Of a stretch of 64,000 nt of DNA, positions 1 through 12,779 are shown in pieces (position 1 is the first letter of the stretch; each line of letters starts with the position of its first letter). The stretch spans positions 930,001 to 994,000 of the forward strand of contig VJWM01000044.1 of the NCBI GenBank assembly GCA_010909165.1, written 5' to 3'. The stretch is from Anthoceros angustus (Eukaryota > Plantae > Anthocerotophyta). Below the pieces are notes generated by a model. The model was not told where the DNA came from. It saw only the letters and a program-made list of their open reading frames with translations, and searched no databases. Position numbers and translations under genes: made by a program.

Positions 1-1150
1 TATCGGCTCGAATGTACAAGCATACCGTTGAGTATGTTAAGTCTTGTGTAGAGCCGCCAGGATAAGGTGGAGTAGACAAATCCGAGGTTTGTTGCAACCC
101 TGCCTATTCAAGTGGGCCTTGGAAAAGTATATCAATGGATTTCATTATGCCATTGCCACCAAGAATGGACACACTATCATGACGGTGGTTGATAGATTCA
201 AGCAAGCACACTTCATCCCTACAAAGAAGCGGTGAAAGCTCAAGTTGCTCGATTGTTCAAGAAGCATGTATATATGTTACATGGACGCCTATGCATTGTG
301 AGTGAGAGATCCCAGTTCTGCGAGTTTTGGCAATTTTATGAAGAGCTTAGGAGTGCAATTATGTATGAGCACAACAGACCACCCCGATACGTATGGATCA
401 ATCAGAGAGGGTGAACAGAATCCAAGAAGAATACTTACGACACTATGTACAGATGGACCAGTGAGACTCGAGCAATCATCTTGAGGATGCATAATTTTGT
501 TATAATAACACTGTACATAGCTCCACAGGCTACACACCTTTTCGTGATGTAGAAGCAATGGACGTAGTTTCCATGTTGAATGCTGGCGTGTTTGAGACAG
601 CAGAAGAGAACCATGTGAATTCATTGAGCAGTTAAGGGTCAGGCATGAAGTTGCTAAGAAAATATTGGCCAAGGCTAAGGACAGGCAAAAGAAGTTTGCT
701 GACAGGCACAAGTTCAAGTAGGTGACAAGGTGTGGGTGAAATTGAAGAATGTTCCACTACCACAAGGGCTGACCTCAAAGTTAAGGCCTAAGTATGGAGG
801 ACCTTTCGTAGTTTTGAAGTGCATCGGAGATGTGGCTTACAAACTATAGCTACCTAAATGGATCTTCTCTCATAATGTGTTTCATGTCTCTTTGCTGAAA
901 TCATTTGTGATTTTGAAAGAGAATGAAGATATGAATAAGAAGGATTATGTCATCCTGGTTCAACACAATCAAGGTTTGCTGGAAATTGTTGAATTCCTGG
1001 CAGAGAGAGAAGTTCATCGTCTGGTAATGTACCGGTATCCGTAAGGCTTTGTGGTTATGCAGATCCTATCTGGGTTTGACTTGAAGATGTGCAACAAGGA
1101 TCATGGATGATCTCGCATTACACTGGAGGTCATTGAGGACAATGACATCT
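1..1150 (+). mobile_element. Ty3/gypsy element A: degenerate integrase with GPF/Y-type C-terminus
   Basis: Frameshifted translations give GLLQP, TIMTVVDRF-KQAHFIPTK, LFKKHVYMLHG, CYNNTVHSSTGYTPF, KLRPKYGGPF and HNVFHVSLLK; purine tract at 1155-1168 just before the LTR. Confidence 0.9.
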
Positions 1151-1180
1151 TCCTAGTGGGGGAGAGAGTACGAGTACTAG

Positions 1181-1848
1181 TGAAATAAGGTAGAAAGGTG
1201 AAAAATTAAAAGAGGTAAAAAGCTAAGTATTAGCTGCCCTATTAAGAAGATGCATGTGTTGCATGCTTCATGCAATCTCCTGTTAGAGAGGAAGTTGCTA
1301 CAACCACAAATGAAGAGCTGCCTAGAGAGGACTCTTAGTGATCGGTGGTCTGTAAGAATCCCTAGATTTAACAGCTGCCTAGTTCAGGTCAGGCTGCGGG
1401 ATATATAAGGGCTAGAGCAAGGGCTCTGAGGAACAAGTTAGACTCACTCTTTGAGAGAGCAGGCAAGTGTGCATTGCAAGCCTTGTGTTGAGAGAGCTGT
1501 GGAGAGCTAGCTAGTGAGCTTGTTGTGGAGTCAAGGTCAGTAGCCAGTTGGGCATAGATAGTCAGATAGGTCAGTAGCCCGTTGGGCATAGATAGTCAAA
1601 TTCCATCGTTGTATTCTTTCAATAAGAGCACCTCGAGGAGGTGGCTGCAGTCGTCATGGATGGCGGGCTACTTGGAGCCTAGTGTAGTGTTGCTTGGAGC
1701 CTAGTCTTTGTGTTGCTTAAGCCTAGTCTTGTGTTGTGAGGTTGAGAGTGCTGAGAATCGAGCAAGTCTCTTGTGGAGTGAATTGGCGAGGTTCTAGACC
1801 CGGAAGCCAACACTTGTCGCTTCCTTCTTGTGCAGCGAGGGTGTTACT
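1181..1848 (+). mobile_element. LTR of gypsy element A (copy 1)
   Basis: Starts TGAAATAAGG after the PPT, TATATAAG near 1401, ends GGGTGTTACT; followed by TGGTATCG at 1853-1860 (tRNA-iMet PBS-like); recurs at 2094, 12851 and 14796. Confidence 0.75.
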
Positions 1849-2093
1849 TGAGTGGTATCGGGCGTAGTCCATTCCTCCGAGTGACTAGAGTGCACAAGAT
1901 GGTCAATGAGAAGCGTAAGGAGAGGCTGAAGAAGCGGCGTCTCCGCCGATCATCCGCCTCAATCGCAAGATTCATCATCGTCGGAACAAGAGGAAGTGAG
2001 CGCCGCTGAGAAAGCAGGATCGGAAAGTCGAGGAGGAAGAAGCGGATGGTGGAAGTACTTTATCAAGTTCTTCCATGGGGAGAAGTACGGCGG

Positions 2094-2754
2094 TGAAATA
2101 AGGTAGAAAGGTGAAAAAGTTGAAAAGGTAAAAGCTAAGTTAGTAGTGCCTATTAAGAAGATGCATGTGTTGCATGCTTCATGCAATCTCTTGTTAGAGG
2201 AATTGCTACAACCACAAATGAAGAGCTGCCTAGAGAGGACTCTTAGTGATTAGTGGTGAGAATCCCTAGATTTAAATTGCCTAGTTAAGGTCGGTGCGGG
2301 ATATATAAGGGCTAGAGCAAGGGCTTTGAGGAACAAGTTACAAGACTCACTCTTTGAGAGAGCGAGGCAAGTGTCTGCAAGCCTTGTGTTGAGGCATGGA
2401 GAGCTAGCTAGTGAGCTTGTTGTGTGGAATCAAGGCGTGGCAGTTGGGCATAGATAGTCGAGCAAGTCTCTTGTGGAGTTGGGCATAGATAGTCAAATTC
2501 CATCGTTGTATTCTTTCAATAAAGAGCAGCACCTCAAGGAGGTGGCCTGCGAGTCGTCAGTGGACGGCGGGCTACTTGGAGCCTAGTGCTGTGTTGCTTG
2601 GAGCCTAGTGCTGTGTTGCTTGGAGCCTAGTGCTGTGTTGTGAGGTTGAGAGTGCTGAGAATCGAGCAAGTCTCTTGTGGAGTGAATTGGCGAGGTTCTA
2701 GACCACCGGAAGCCAACACTTGTCGCTTCCCTTCTTGCAGCAGAGGGTGTTACT
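2094..2754 (+). mobile_element. LTR of gypsy element A (copy 2), abutting RPS10 upstream sequence
   Basis: Near-identical to 1181-1848; contains 3 x 22-bp CTTGGAGCCTAGTGCTGTGTTG at 2575-2640. Confidence 0.8.
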
Positions 2755-2835
2755 CTATGCCCCAAGGGACACATGTTTTCCATCTTTTAGGCGGAGTTCT
2801 AGCTTGGTGGACCGAGCCGCTCGTCAGTGGCCTTC

Positions 2836-3345
2836 TCCTTCTGCATCTGTAGTTGCTTACTTGGGCTCCCGTGTGATGCCTGTGGCAGGGCCCTCCGCGA
2901 TTTGGTGATGGCGAGAGGGAAGGCTACCGCAGGGGCCCCTCCAACCGTGGGTCCAACTCAATCTCGAGATCTAGTTAATAAATTTAATTTAATATTAAAA
3001 TTATTTTGTATTTCAAATCGTGTATGTGTGGAACGCGAGTTTGGTGCTGCAGGTCATCAAGTTGATGCAGTTCCCACTGTTTTCATACCTGGCATTCTCG
3101 AAAGAGCAGGCCACTTTTTACCTGACAACACAAAGCCGGATGGTAGAACATTTGGATGAGCAAATGAGAAGTTTCAAACATGTGCTGAAAGCTGTATCCA
3201 GGCCTTTCGCACACCTGCGGCTGCCCTAATCATTGGTGCTGCAGGTCATCAAGTTGATGCAGAGCTTCAAATCTAAGGAGTACGTGAAGGAGTCTTTTGC
3301 GTGGAGGCATTACTACTGGTACCTGACGAACGATGGAATTGCAAG
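2836..3345 (+). pseudogene. RPS10: Out-of-order RPS10 shards (intron 4/exon 5, intron 2, intron 3/exon 4, 3' flank)
   Basis: Exact matches to parts of 5659-6900 in scrambled order; [32 protein letters not shown] at about 3246-3340. Confidence 0.85.
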
Positions 3346-3610
3346 AGGCAATTCAAGAGGAAATTTCATGGAAGAAATCGAGGAGCACATAGAGGCGCGG
3401 GCTCGAGAGAAACAGTATTATGGGTTCTCTAAGGAGTATGCTACTCATGTGGAGCCGGGACATTATGCAAATGAATGCCCGAATCTTTGACAGACTCTCA
3501 GCGTGAGAGATCCACCCGTAGACTCGGGATTATGGAAGTGGCGGATCCGAGGATCCCAAGTGATGGGATCGGCCACATGTTGCGAAGGCGCATGTGGTGA
3601 GTCTCAGTCT
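3346..3610 (+). mobile_element. Retrotransposon gag C-terminal fragment with CCHC zinc knuckle
   Basis: tgctactcatgtggagccgggacattatgcaaatgaatgcccg reads CYSCG-(fs)-PGHYANECP. Confidence 0.7.
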
Positions 3611-3631
3611 TGAGGACAACACTATTCGGAG

Positions 3632-4486
3632 GCGGGTGGAGGTGTACAAGTACCTCTTCAAAGGTTCAGCTTGGTGCACAGTTTTGCGGAGTAGAGAGAG
3701 TCGTGTATGTGTGGAACGCGAGTTTGGTGCTGATTTGCTATGGTGACCGTGTGCAGAGGGTGTTCTGTATGCCAAGAAGGACTTTAATGCTCCCAAGCAT
3801 CCGGAGATCGAAGTCCCGAATCTGCAGGTATTTTTGCAGTTCGATGTGCTGAAAGCTGTATCCAGGCCTTTCGCACACCTGCGGCTGCCCTAATCATTGG
3901 TGCTGCAGGTCATCAAGTTGATGCAGAGCTTCAAATCTAAGGAGTACGTGAAGGAGTCTTTTGCGTGGAGGCATTACTACTGGTACCTGACGAACGATGG
4001 AATTGAGTATCTTCGGACTTACCTGAACTTGCCATCGGAGATCGTCCCTGCTACCTTGAAAAAGTCTGCTCGTCCGCCAAGCAGGCCCATGGGACCTCCT
4101 GGCGGTGGTGATAGGCCAAGGTCAGTTGCCCTCAAGCCTTCCTCCTTGTTTTGTTGACCTAATCTCCTTCTGCATCTGTAGTTGCTTACTTGGGCTCCCG
4201 TGTGATGCCTGTGGCAGGGCCCTCCGCGATTTGGTGATGGCGAGAGGAAGGCTACCGCAGGGCCCTCCTCGAGGACCTGGAGGTTTTGACAAGGGTGGAG
4301 CTCCAGGGGAATACCGTCCGGAATTCCGCAGGGTATGTAATGGATCCGGAGGTCCTCAGCAGTTTTCGTGACTGCTGCTCCTTGTCACTCGATGACAGCG
4401 TTTGTTTTGTTGTGTCAGGGTGGAAGAGGAGGGGCTTTGGCCGAGGCGGCGGTGGTTTTGGTGGTTCAGCACCTTCGTTGGAGTAG
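3632..4486 (+). pseudogene. RPS10: RPS10 copy lacking exon 1, with frameshifts in exon 5
   Basis: Exons 2 (partial) to 6 with the same introns as 5659-6637; single-base losses in G runs of exon 5. Confidence 0.85.
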
Positions 4487-4959
4487 ATTCCTTCAGTGTG
4501 CAATTTTGATTAGGTGTTGACGAGCCGTAGATGTTTCACGATCTCATTATTGTCCTGGACACGCAAAGTGTTCAGATGATCAAGGGCTATCGGATAGAAA
4601 TTTGGATGGATTGTGTTATTCCAATGTAACGAGCAATGGAGATCAAAAACAAAATTCGGGCATTGATGCAGTTCCCACTGTTTTCATACCTGGCATTCTC
4701 GAAAGAGCAGGCCACTTTTTACCTGACAACACAAAGCCGGATGGTAGAACATAAATCCTCATGAAGTGGGCAGTGCAATTGACTGAATTTTGCTTCATGT
4801 CCGCACACGAACCAGCTTACAGATGTGCAGTACCGTCGGAAGGCATCAGATGAACTCCTCCCAGCTCTGCCTCTTCACCATCTAATTTAGCGCATTGCAA
4901 TAGGCAGTATGCCTATGCTTATTCTGATGCTGACAGCCCAAATTTCAGTGCCATAATTT

Positions 4960-5325
4960 CATTTCTCCTAGCAAGGCAAGCAAGCTTGGTTTGACATGGG
5001 CTAGTACATCCGAGCCATGTAGAGTGAAACAAGCTAAAGGAATCTTTGCAACACATAGGTGAATTGCAAGAAGTGCGAGATAGGGAATTGGAATGGAGCA
5101 ATGAGCTTCACGGTTGTAGATATGGATGATCATGAAATCATCTTGGGCTTAGAATGGATGAAGGCCAACAAGGTATGTGTGAGCGTGGACTCACGCACCA
5201 TACAAATCTTAGGAGATGAAGAGCACAAAGTGAGTTGTGCGGTTCTCAAGCGAGGCTTGATGATATCATCTCTAAGAAAGAGCTCAAAGCGTTGTGTAAA
5301 GGATGGAGGAACTCTTTTTACTTGT
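4960..5325 (+). mobile_element. Gypsy A protease C-terminal/linker fragment
   Basis: CEIGNWNGAMSFTVVDMDDHEIILGLEWMKANKV matches the D-x-ILG-x-x-W flap of retropepsins; duplicated at 7600-7890. Confidence 0.75.
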
Positions 5326-5658
5326 CGCTTCCCTTACATGCAGCGAGGGTGTTACTCTATGCCCCAAGGGACACATGTTTTCCATCTTTTAGGCGGAGTT
5401 CTAGCTTGGTGGACCGAGCCGCTCGTCGGGGTGGCCTTCTCGCTAACTTATACGCTGCCTATATATTTCCTTAGACGGTATTATTTTCTTAGGCTTGTAT
5501 ATTACCTTAGACGCTATTAATTTCTTAGGGCACCCATATGAGCACCTGTGCTCTCCAGGTTCTTTCTTTTCGGAGGCTTGGCTGCGGTCGCCTCTGTCAC
5601 CATCGTTTGGACGCTTGAGTGTTGGCTCGATTCCATCTGCTGCCGGGAATCTGTGAAG

Positions 5659-6637
5659 ATGGTGAGCACGCCCGCCTAAATTTTGCGTCTTGCTTTTTTT
5701 TTTCTTGTGTTGGATCACTTGTGGACTGACGGTGGAGCACAATATGTTCTCGGCTGCAGTTGATTCCGAAGAAGAACCGGGTGGAGGTGTACAAGTACCT
5801 CTTCAAAGGTTCAGCTTGGTGCACAGTTTTGCGGAGTAGAGAGAGTCGTGTATGTGTGGAACGCGAGTTTGGTGCTGATTTGCTATGGTGACCGTGTGCA
5901 GAGGGTGTTCTGTATGCCAAGAAGGACTTTAATGCTCCCAAGCATCCGGAGATCGAAGTCCCGAATCTGCAGGTATTTTTGCAGTTCGATGTGCTGAAAG
6001 CTGTATCCAGGCCTTTCGCACACCTGCGGCTGCCCTAATCATTGGTGCTGCAGGTCATCAAGTTGATGCAGAGCTTCAAATCTAAGGAGTACGTGAAGGA
6101 GTCTTTTGCGTGGAGGCATTACTACTGGTACCTGACGAACGATGGAATTGAGTATCTTCGGACTTACCTGAACTTGCCATCGGAGATCGTCCCTGCTACC
6201 TTGAAAAAGTCTGCTCGTCCGCCAAGCAGGCCCATGGGACCTCCTGGCGGTGGTGATAGGCCAAGGTCGGTTGCCCTCAAGCCTTCCTCCTTGTTTTGTT
6301 GACCTAATCTCCTTCTGCATCTGTAGTTGCTTACTTGGGCTCCCGTGTGATGCCTGTGGCAGGGGCCCTCCGCGATTTGGTGATGGCGAGAGGGAAGGCT
6401 ACCGCAGGGGCCCTCCTCGAGGACCTGGAGGTTTTGACAAGGGTGGAGCTCCAGGGGAATACCGTCCGGAATTCCGCGGGGTATGTAATGGATCCGGAGG
6501 TCCTCAGCAGTTTTCGCGTGACTGCTGCTCCTTGTCACTCGATGACAGCGTTTGTTTTGTTGTGTCAGGGTGGAAGAGGAGGGGGCTTTGGCCGAGGCGG
6601 CGGTGGTTTTGGTGGTTCAGCACCTTCGTTGGAGTAG
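5659..6637 (+). CDS. RPS10: 40S ribosomal protein S10 (eS10), intact 6-exon copy, 173 aa
   Basis: join(5659..5661,5760..5808,5902..5972,6054..6265,6363..6480,6569..6637) is 522 nt with all GT-AG introns; [83 protein letters not shown]...GGSAPSLE*. Confidence 0.97.
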
Positions 6638-7589
6638 ATTCCCTTCAGTGTGCAATTTTGATTAGGTGTTGACGAGCCGTAGATGTTTCACGATCTCATT
6701 ATTGTCCTGGACACGCAAAGTGTTCAGATGATCAAGGGCTATCGGATAGAAATTTGGATGGATTGTGTTATTCCAATGTAACGAGCAATGGAGATCAAAA
6801 ACAAAATTCGGGCATTGATGCAGTTCCCACTGTTTTTCATACCTGGCATTCTCGAAAGAGCAGGCCACTTTTTACCTGACACAAAGCCGGATGGTAGAAC
6901 ATAAATCCTCATGAAGTGGGCAGTGCAATTGACCGGAATTTTGCTTCATGTCCGCACACGAACCAGCTTACAGATGTGCAGTACCGTCGGAAGGCATCAG
7001 ATGAACTCCTCCCAGCTCTGCCTCTTCACCATCTAATTTAGCGCATTGCAATAGGCAGTATGCCTATGCTTATTCTGATGCTGACAGCCCAAATTTCAGT
7101 GCCATAATTTCCATAGGCCAAGGTTCTTTTACCGGTAGCACCCCCCGTAACCTTCCTGGCACTGCGCTACCTATGTATTGGAACTGTACTGGAACTGAGA
7201 GATATATCATCGTGCAGTAGCGTTAGCGAAGTGCTTCGCTAAGGTCATAATTCCTACAATTCGTAAGGTCATAATTCCTAAATCCGTCTAGGACGCTTAG
7301 CTTAGGGCCGGTGCACACCGAGGGCCCCCCGGCCGGTTCATACCCAGGCCCCGTGTCCGCCCGGGGGTCTCACAATAAAACCCCGGCCAAGGGCTGGGTC
7401 ATGGCCACACTGGCCATTCGCTCATGCGTGAGTTCACACCGGGCCCCTCCAACCGTGGGTCCAACTCAATCTCGAGATCTAGTTAATAAATTTAATTTAA
7501 TATTAAAATTATTTTGTATTTCAAATCGTGTATGCACGTACACACCTGCCATGTCTCCAAGCTGTGACCGGATGCCCTTGGATGGATCT

Positions 7590-8265
7590 GATAAGGTAAA
7601 GGAATCTTTGCAACACATAGGTGAATTGCAAGAAGTGCGAGATAGGGAATTGGAATGGAGCAATGAGCTTCACGGTTGTAGATATGGATGATCATGAAAT
7701 CATCTTGGGCTTAGAATGGATGAAGGCCAACAAGGTATGTGTGAGCGTGGACTCACGCACCATACAAATCTTAGGAGATGAAGAGCACAAAGTGAGTTGT
7801 GCGGTTCTCAAGCGAGGCTTGATGATATCATCTCTAAGAAAGAGCTCAAAGCGTTGTGTAAAGGATGGAGGAACTCTTTTTACTTGTCGCAAGGACTAGA
7901 AGATGGTCTTGAGATGGAGTCTCGGAGCGCCAAAGATTCAAGGAAGTGCAGTCTTTTAATGAGTTCAAGGACTTGATGCATGAGTTGCCTCCTCTCCTAG
8001 AAGAATTGTAGATCATGAGATTGATCTCAAGCCGGAAGTACACGCCTTCAAGAGCGCCATATAGATTATCGCGGGATGAGCTACAAGAGTGAAGAGACGG
8101 ATGTAACACATAGCCAAGGACTATGTAAGAATCTCAAAATCCCCATTTGGTGCGTGTTGTTCACGCAAGAAGAATGGAGGATTGAGGTTATGCTTGGATC
8201 TTTTGTTCTTAGCTATAACAAAGTGTGACTTTGTTAAGGAAGATAGACTTCCTAAGATTCATTGT
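7590..8265 (+). mobile_element. Gypsy A protease linker plus start of reverse transcriptase (degenerate)
   Basis: Frameshifted EFKDLM-ELPP, DHEIDLKP, SRAPYRLSRDELQE and SKSPFGA motifs typical of Ty3/gypsy RT N-terminus. Confidence 0.8.
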
Positions 8266-8949
8266 CTGCGGATGGTATCGGGATGGATCCATCGTGCCGG
8301 TATTCTACACTACACTTGTAGAACATTTGGATGAGCAAATGAGAAGTTTCAAACATGTGCTACGAGATGAGCATATGATTTCAAACATGTGCTACGAGCC
8401 AGCGTCATGAGCGACAAAAAAATATTTCAAATACTTCCTATGTCTGAGGAAAAGCCAAAACCTAGTATGAAAGACTTGAGGGTGGCGGTGAGCTTGGCCT
8501 GGATTGTGTTGTGCCTTCCTTGTCAAGTTTCATTAGACCTCGAGGTCTAGTGAAAAAGTGCAAGACGGAGCACTCAACCGGCTCTGTGTGAAAGGACCTA
8601 GGGGTATGAAGTGTGGGAAAGTGGGTGCCACATGGGCAGTCCCAAATACCCTCAAATGGCGATAGCAATAGTAGAAGAAGGAAGAACAACGGCAACAATA
8701 ATAGCAAGTATAGTGTTTGTGGCGCGACTTTGTTGGCGGCAGTCGTAGCGCGCACAATCCGTGTCGTTGTAGTAAGGAGGTCCGTTCCCAAGAGAATGAT
8801 AGGCTCTGTTGGCCCACGTTTCAAGCGTTTCTCACCTCACGTGGTAGTCTTAGACTCGTGTTCTGAAACAATTAATCATCAGTAACCCTACCCGTCGATC
8901 TAGTTACAATACCGTAATTAATAGTATTTAGTAATTACTGACGGGTGTG

Positions 8950-9205
8950 CCTCTTGAAGAGAAGGCTTGGAAGTGGGATGATGAATGTCATAGGGCATTG
9001 AGTTTACAGTTGAAACTCGGCACTACGATCGCAATCTATGATCCAAGAAGGATATAGAAGTATATCTTGATGCATGATATTGCAATTGGTGGAGTGCTAA
9101 TGCAAGAAAGATAGGCGATGGCTTCGAGTCAAAGGCTTGAACATGAAGGAAGTACCCCACTTATGAGAAGGAGATGGCTGTTGTCATCAATTGTCTCAAA
9201 ATTTG
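8950..9205 (+). mobile_element. Gypsy A RNase H fragment
   Basis: Frameshifted WKWDDECHRA, LDA-DIAIGGVLMQE and YPTYEKEMAVVINCLKIW. Confidence 0.8.
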
Positions 9206-10906
9206 GATGGATTGTGTTATTCCAATGTAACGAGCAATGGAGATCAAAAACAAAATTCGGGCATTGATGCAGTTCCCACTGTTTTCATACCTGGCATTCT
9301 CGAAAGAGCAGGCCACTTTTTACCTGACAACACAAAGCCGGATGGTAGAACATAAATCCTCATGAAGTGGGCAGTGCAATTGACCGGAATTTTGCTTCAT
9401 GTCCGCACACGAACCAGCTTACAGATGTGCAGTACCGTCGGAAGGCATCAGATGAACTCCTCCCAGCTCTGCCTCTTCACCATCTAATTTAGCGCATTGC
9501 AATAGGCAGTATGCCTATGCTTATTCTGATGCTGACAGCCCAAATTTCAGTGCCATAATTTCCATGGGAGCCAAGGGACACTCACCTTGATTAAGGAAGC
9601 TTATCTGAGATCCATTAGTACATTGGATCAATGAAGTGGGCAGTGCAATTGACTGAATTTTGCTTCATGTCCGCACACGAACCAGCTTACAGATGTGCAG
9701 TACCGTCGGAAGGCATCAGATGAACTCCTCCCAGCTCTGCCTCTTCACCATCTAATTTAGCGCATTGCAATAGGCAGTATGCCTATGCTTATTCTGATGC
9801 TGACAGCCCAAATTTCAGTGCCATAATTTCCATGGGAGCCAAGGTTCTTTTACCAGTAGCACCCCCGTAACCTTCCTGGCACTGCGCTACCTATGTATTG
9901 GAACTGTACTGGAACTGAGAGATATATCATCGTGCAGTAGCGTTAGCGAAGTGCTTCGCTAAGGTCATAATTCCTACAATTCGTAAGGTCATAATTCCTA
10001 AATCCGTCTAGGACGCTTAGCTTAGGGCCGGTGCACCGAGGGCCCCCGGCCGGTTCATACCCAGGCCCCGTGTCCGCCCGGGGGTCTCACAATAAAACCC
10101 CGGCCAAGGGCTGGGTCATGGCCACACTGGCCATTCGCTCATGCGTGAGTTCACACCGGGCCCCTCCAACCGTGGGTCCAACTCAATCTCGAGATCTAGT
10201 TAATAAATTTAATTTAATATTAAAATTATTTTGTATTTCAAATCGTGTATGCACGTACACACCTGCCATGTCTCCAAGCTGTGACCGGATGCCCTTGGAT
10301 GGATCCATCGTGCCGGTATTCTACACTACACTTGTAGAACATTTGGATGAGCAAATGAGAAGTTTCAAACATGTGCTACGAGATGAGCATATGAGCAGTT
10401 TCAAACATGTGCTACGAGCCCGCGTCATGAGCACTGACAAAAAAATATTTCAAATACTTCCCTATGTCGCTACGAGGAAAAGCCAAAACCTAGTATGAAA
10501 GACTTGAGGGTGGCAGTGAGCTTGACTGGCCTGGATTGTGTTGTGCCTTCCTTGTCAAGTTTCATTAGACCTCGAGGTCTAGTGAAAAAAGTGCAGCAGC
10601 ACGGAGCACTCAACCGGCTCCTGTGTGAAAGGACCCTAGGGGTATGAAGTGTGGGAAAGTGGGTGCCCACATAGACTGGCAGAGTCCCAAATACCCCTCA
10701 AATGGCGATAGCAATAGTAGAAGAAGGAAGAACAACGGCAACAATAATAGCAAGTATAGCTGTGGCGCGACTTTCGCTGACGGTCAGCCGGGCGCGCACA
10801 ATCCCGTGTCGTTGTAGTAAGGAGGTCCGTTCCCAAGAGAATGATAGGCTCTGTTGGCCACGTTTCAAGCGTTTCTCACCTCACGTAGTACCCGTCTTAG
10901 ACTCCG

Positions 10907-11148
10907 TGTTACGAAACAATTAATCATCAGTAACCCTACCGTAGTCTAGTTACATGAACCGTAATTAATAGTATTTAGTAATTACTGACGGGTGTGCCTC
11001 TTGAAGAGACACCCACGGACACTATTTAAGACACACTTTGTACACATTTTAGAGCCAATTCAACACGAAATATCTTTGTGAACATAGCATCTCGATCATG
11101 CTAGACTAGATGTAAGAGATGCACAATCCTCTTGCTAGGATTTTAACA
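10907..11148 (+). mobile_element. 5' LTR of copia-type element C (242 bp) with tRNA-iMet PBS
   Basis: TGTTA...TAACA inverted termini; PBS TGGTATCGAG at 11149; preceded by CTCCG at 10902-10906. Confidence 0.85.
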
Positions 11149-11339
11149 TGGTATCGAGTTACCACCAAACCACGACTGCGGCCCTAGAAAAGGTGAAGTA
11201 CTATACAAAACCAAGAGAAAGCCCCGGAGAGAAACCACAAAGAAAGGAAAAAAGAAAGAAAGAAGACAACAAGGAGAACTCTCAGGAGAAATTAAACCCG
11301 ATGAGAGGGACTATTTCTTCAAGGATCTTTTATGCACTC

Positions 11340-11785
11340 GTGGAGAGACAAATCCGAGGTTTGTTGCAACCACCTATTCAAGTGGGCCTTGGAAAAGTAT
11401 ATCAATGGATTTCATTATGCCATTGCCGGCCAATAATGGACACACTATCATGGCGGTGGTTGATAGATTGACAAGCAAGCACACTTCATCCCTACAAAGC
11501 GGTGAAAGCTTGAAGTTGCTCGATTGTTCAAGAAGCATGTATATATGTTACATGGACTATGCATTGTGAGTGAGAGATCCCAGTTCTGCGAGTTTTGTAG
11601 ACTTATGAAGAGCTTAGTGCAATTATGTATGAGCACGGTACCACCATACGGATCAATCAGAGAGGGTGAAAGATCCAAGAAGAATACTTACGACACTGTA
11701 TACGGATGGACCGGTGAGACTGAGTAATCATCTTGAGGATGCATAATTTTGTTATAATAACATACATAGCTCCACAGGCTACACA
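11340..11785 (+). mobile_element. Second copy of gypsy A integrase core
   Basis: Matches about 70-540 with small indels. Confidence 0.85.
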
Positions 11786-12409
11786 CCTGCCATGTCTCCA
11801 AGCTGTGACCGGATGCCTTGGATGGATCCATCGTGCCGGTATTCTACACTACACTTGTAGAACATTTGGATGAGCAAATGAGAAGTTTCAAACATGTGCT
11901 ACGAGATGAGCATATGAGCAGTTTCAAACATGTGCTACGAGCCCGCGTCATGAGCACTGACAAAAAAATATTTCAAATACTTCCCTATGTCGCTACGCGG
12001 AAAAGCCAAAACCTAGTATGAAAGACTTGAGGGTGGCAGTGAGCTTGACTGGCCTGGATTGTGTTGTGCCTTCCTTGTCAAGTTTCATTAGACCTCGAGG
12101 TCTAGTGAAAAAGTGCAAGACGGCAGACACTCAACCGGCTCTGTGTGAAAGGACCCTAGGGGTATGAAGTGTGGGAAAGTGGGTGCCCACATAGAGTGGC
12201 AGTCCCAAATACCTCAAATGGCGATAGCAATAGTAGAAGAAGGAAGAACAACGGCAACAATAATAGCAAGCTGCGGGCGCGACTTTCGTGACACGGGCGC
12301 GCACAATCCGTGTCGTTGTAGTAAGGAGGTCGTTCCCAAGAGAATGATAGGCTCTGTTGGCCCACGTTTCAAGCGTTTCTCACCTCACGTAGTGCAAGTC
12401 TTAGACTCG

Positions 12410-12651
12410 TGTTACGAAACAATTAATCATCAGTAACCCTACCGTAGTCTAGTTACATGAACCGTAATTAATAGTATTTAGTAATTACTGACGGGTGTGC
12501 CTCTTGAAGAGACACCCACGGACACTATTTAAGACACACTTTGTACACATTTTAGAGCCAATTCAACACGAAATATCTTTGTGAACATAGCATCTCGATC
12601 ATGCTAGACTAGATGTAAGAGATGCACAATCCTCTTGCTAGGATTTTAACA
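12410..12651 (+). mobile_element. Element C LTR copy with PBS
   Basis: Essentially identical to 10907-11148; TGGTATCGAG at 12652. Confidence 0.85.
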
Positions 12652-12779
12652 TGGTATCGAGTTACCACCAAACCACGACTGCGGCCCTAGAAAAGGTGAA
12701 GTACTATACAAAACCAAGAGAAAGCCCCGGAGAGAAACCACAAAGAAAGGAAAAAAGAAAGAAAGAAGACAACAAGGAT

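Noticed and set aside
960-1150. Chromodomain after the gypsy A integrase
   Set aside because: The position fits, but the aromatic-cage motif cannot be read through the indels.
2575-2640. 3 x 22-bp direct repeats as a CRISPR-like array
   Set aside because: Units are contiguous with no spacers and lie inside an LTR; eukaryotic context.
3632-6637. RPS10 copies as retrogenes captured by the LTR element
   Set aside because: All copies keep introns and genomic flanks.
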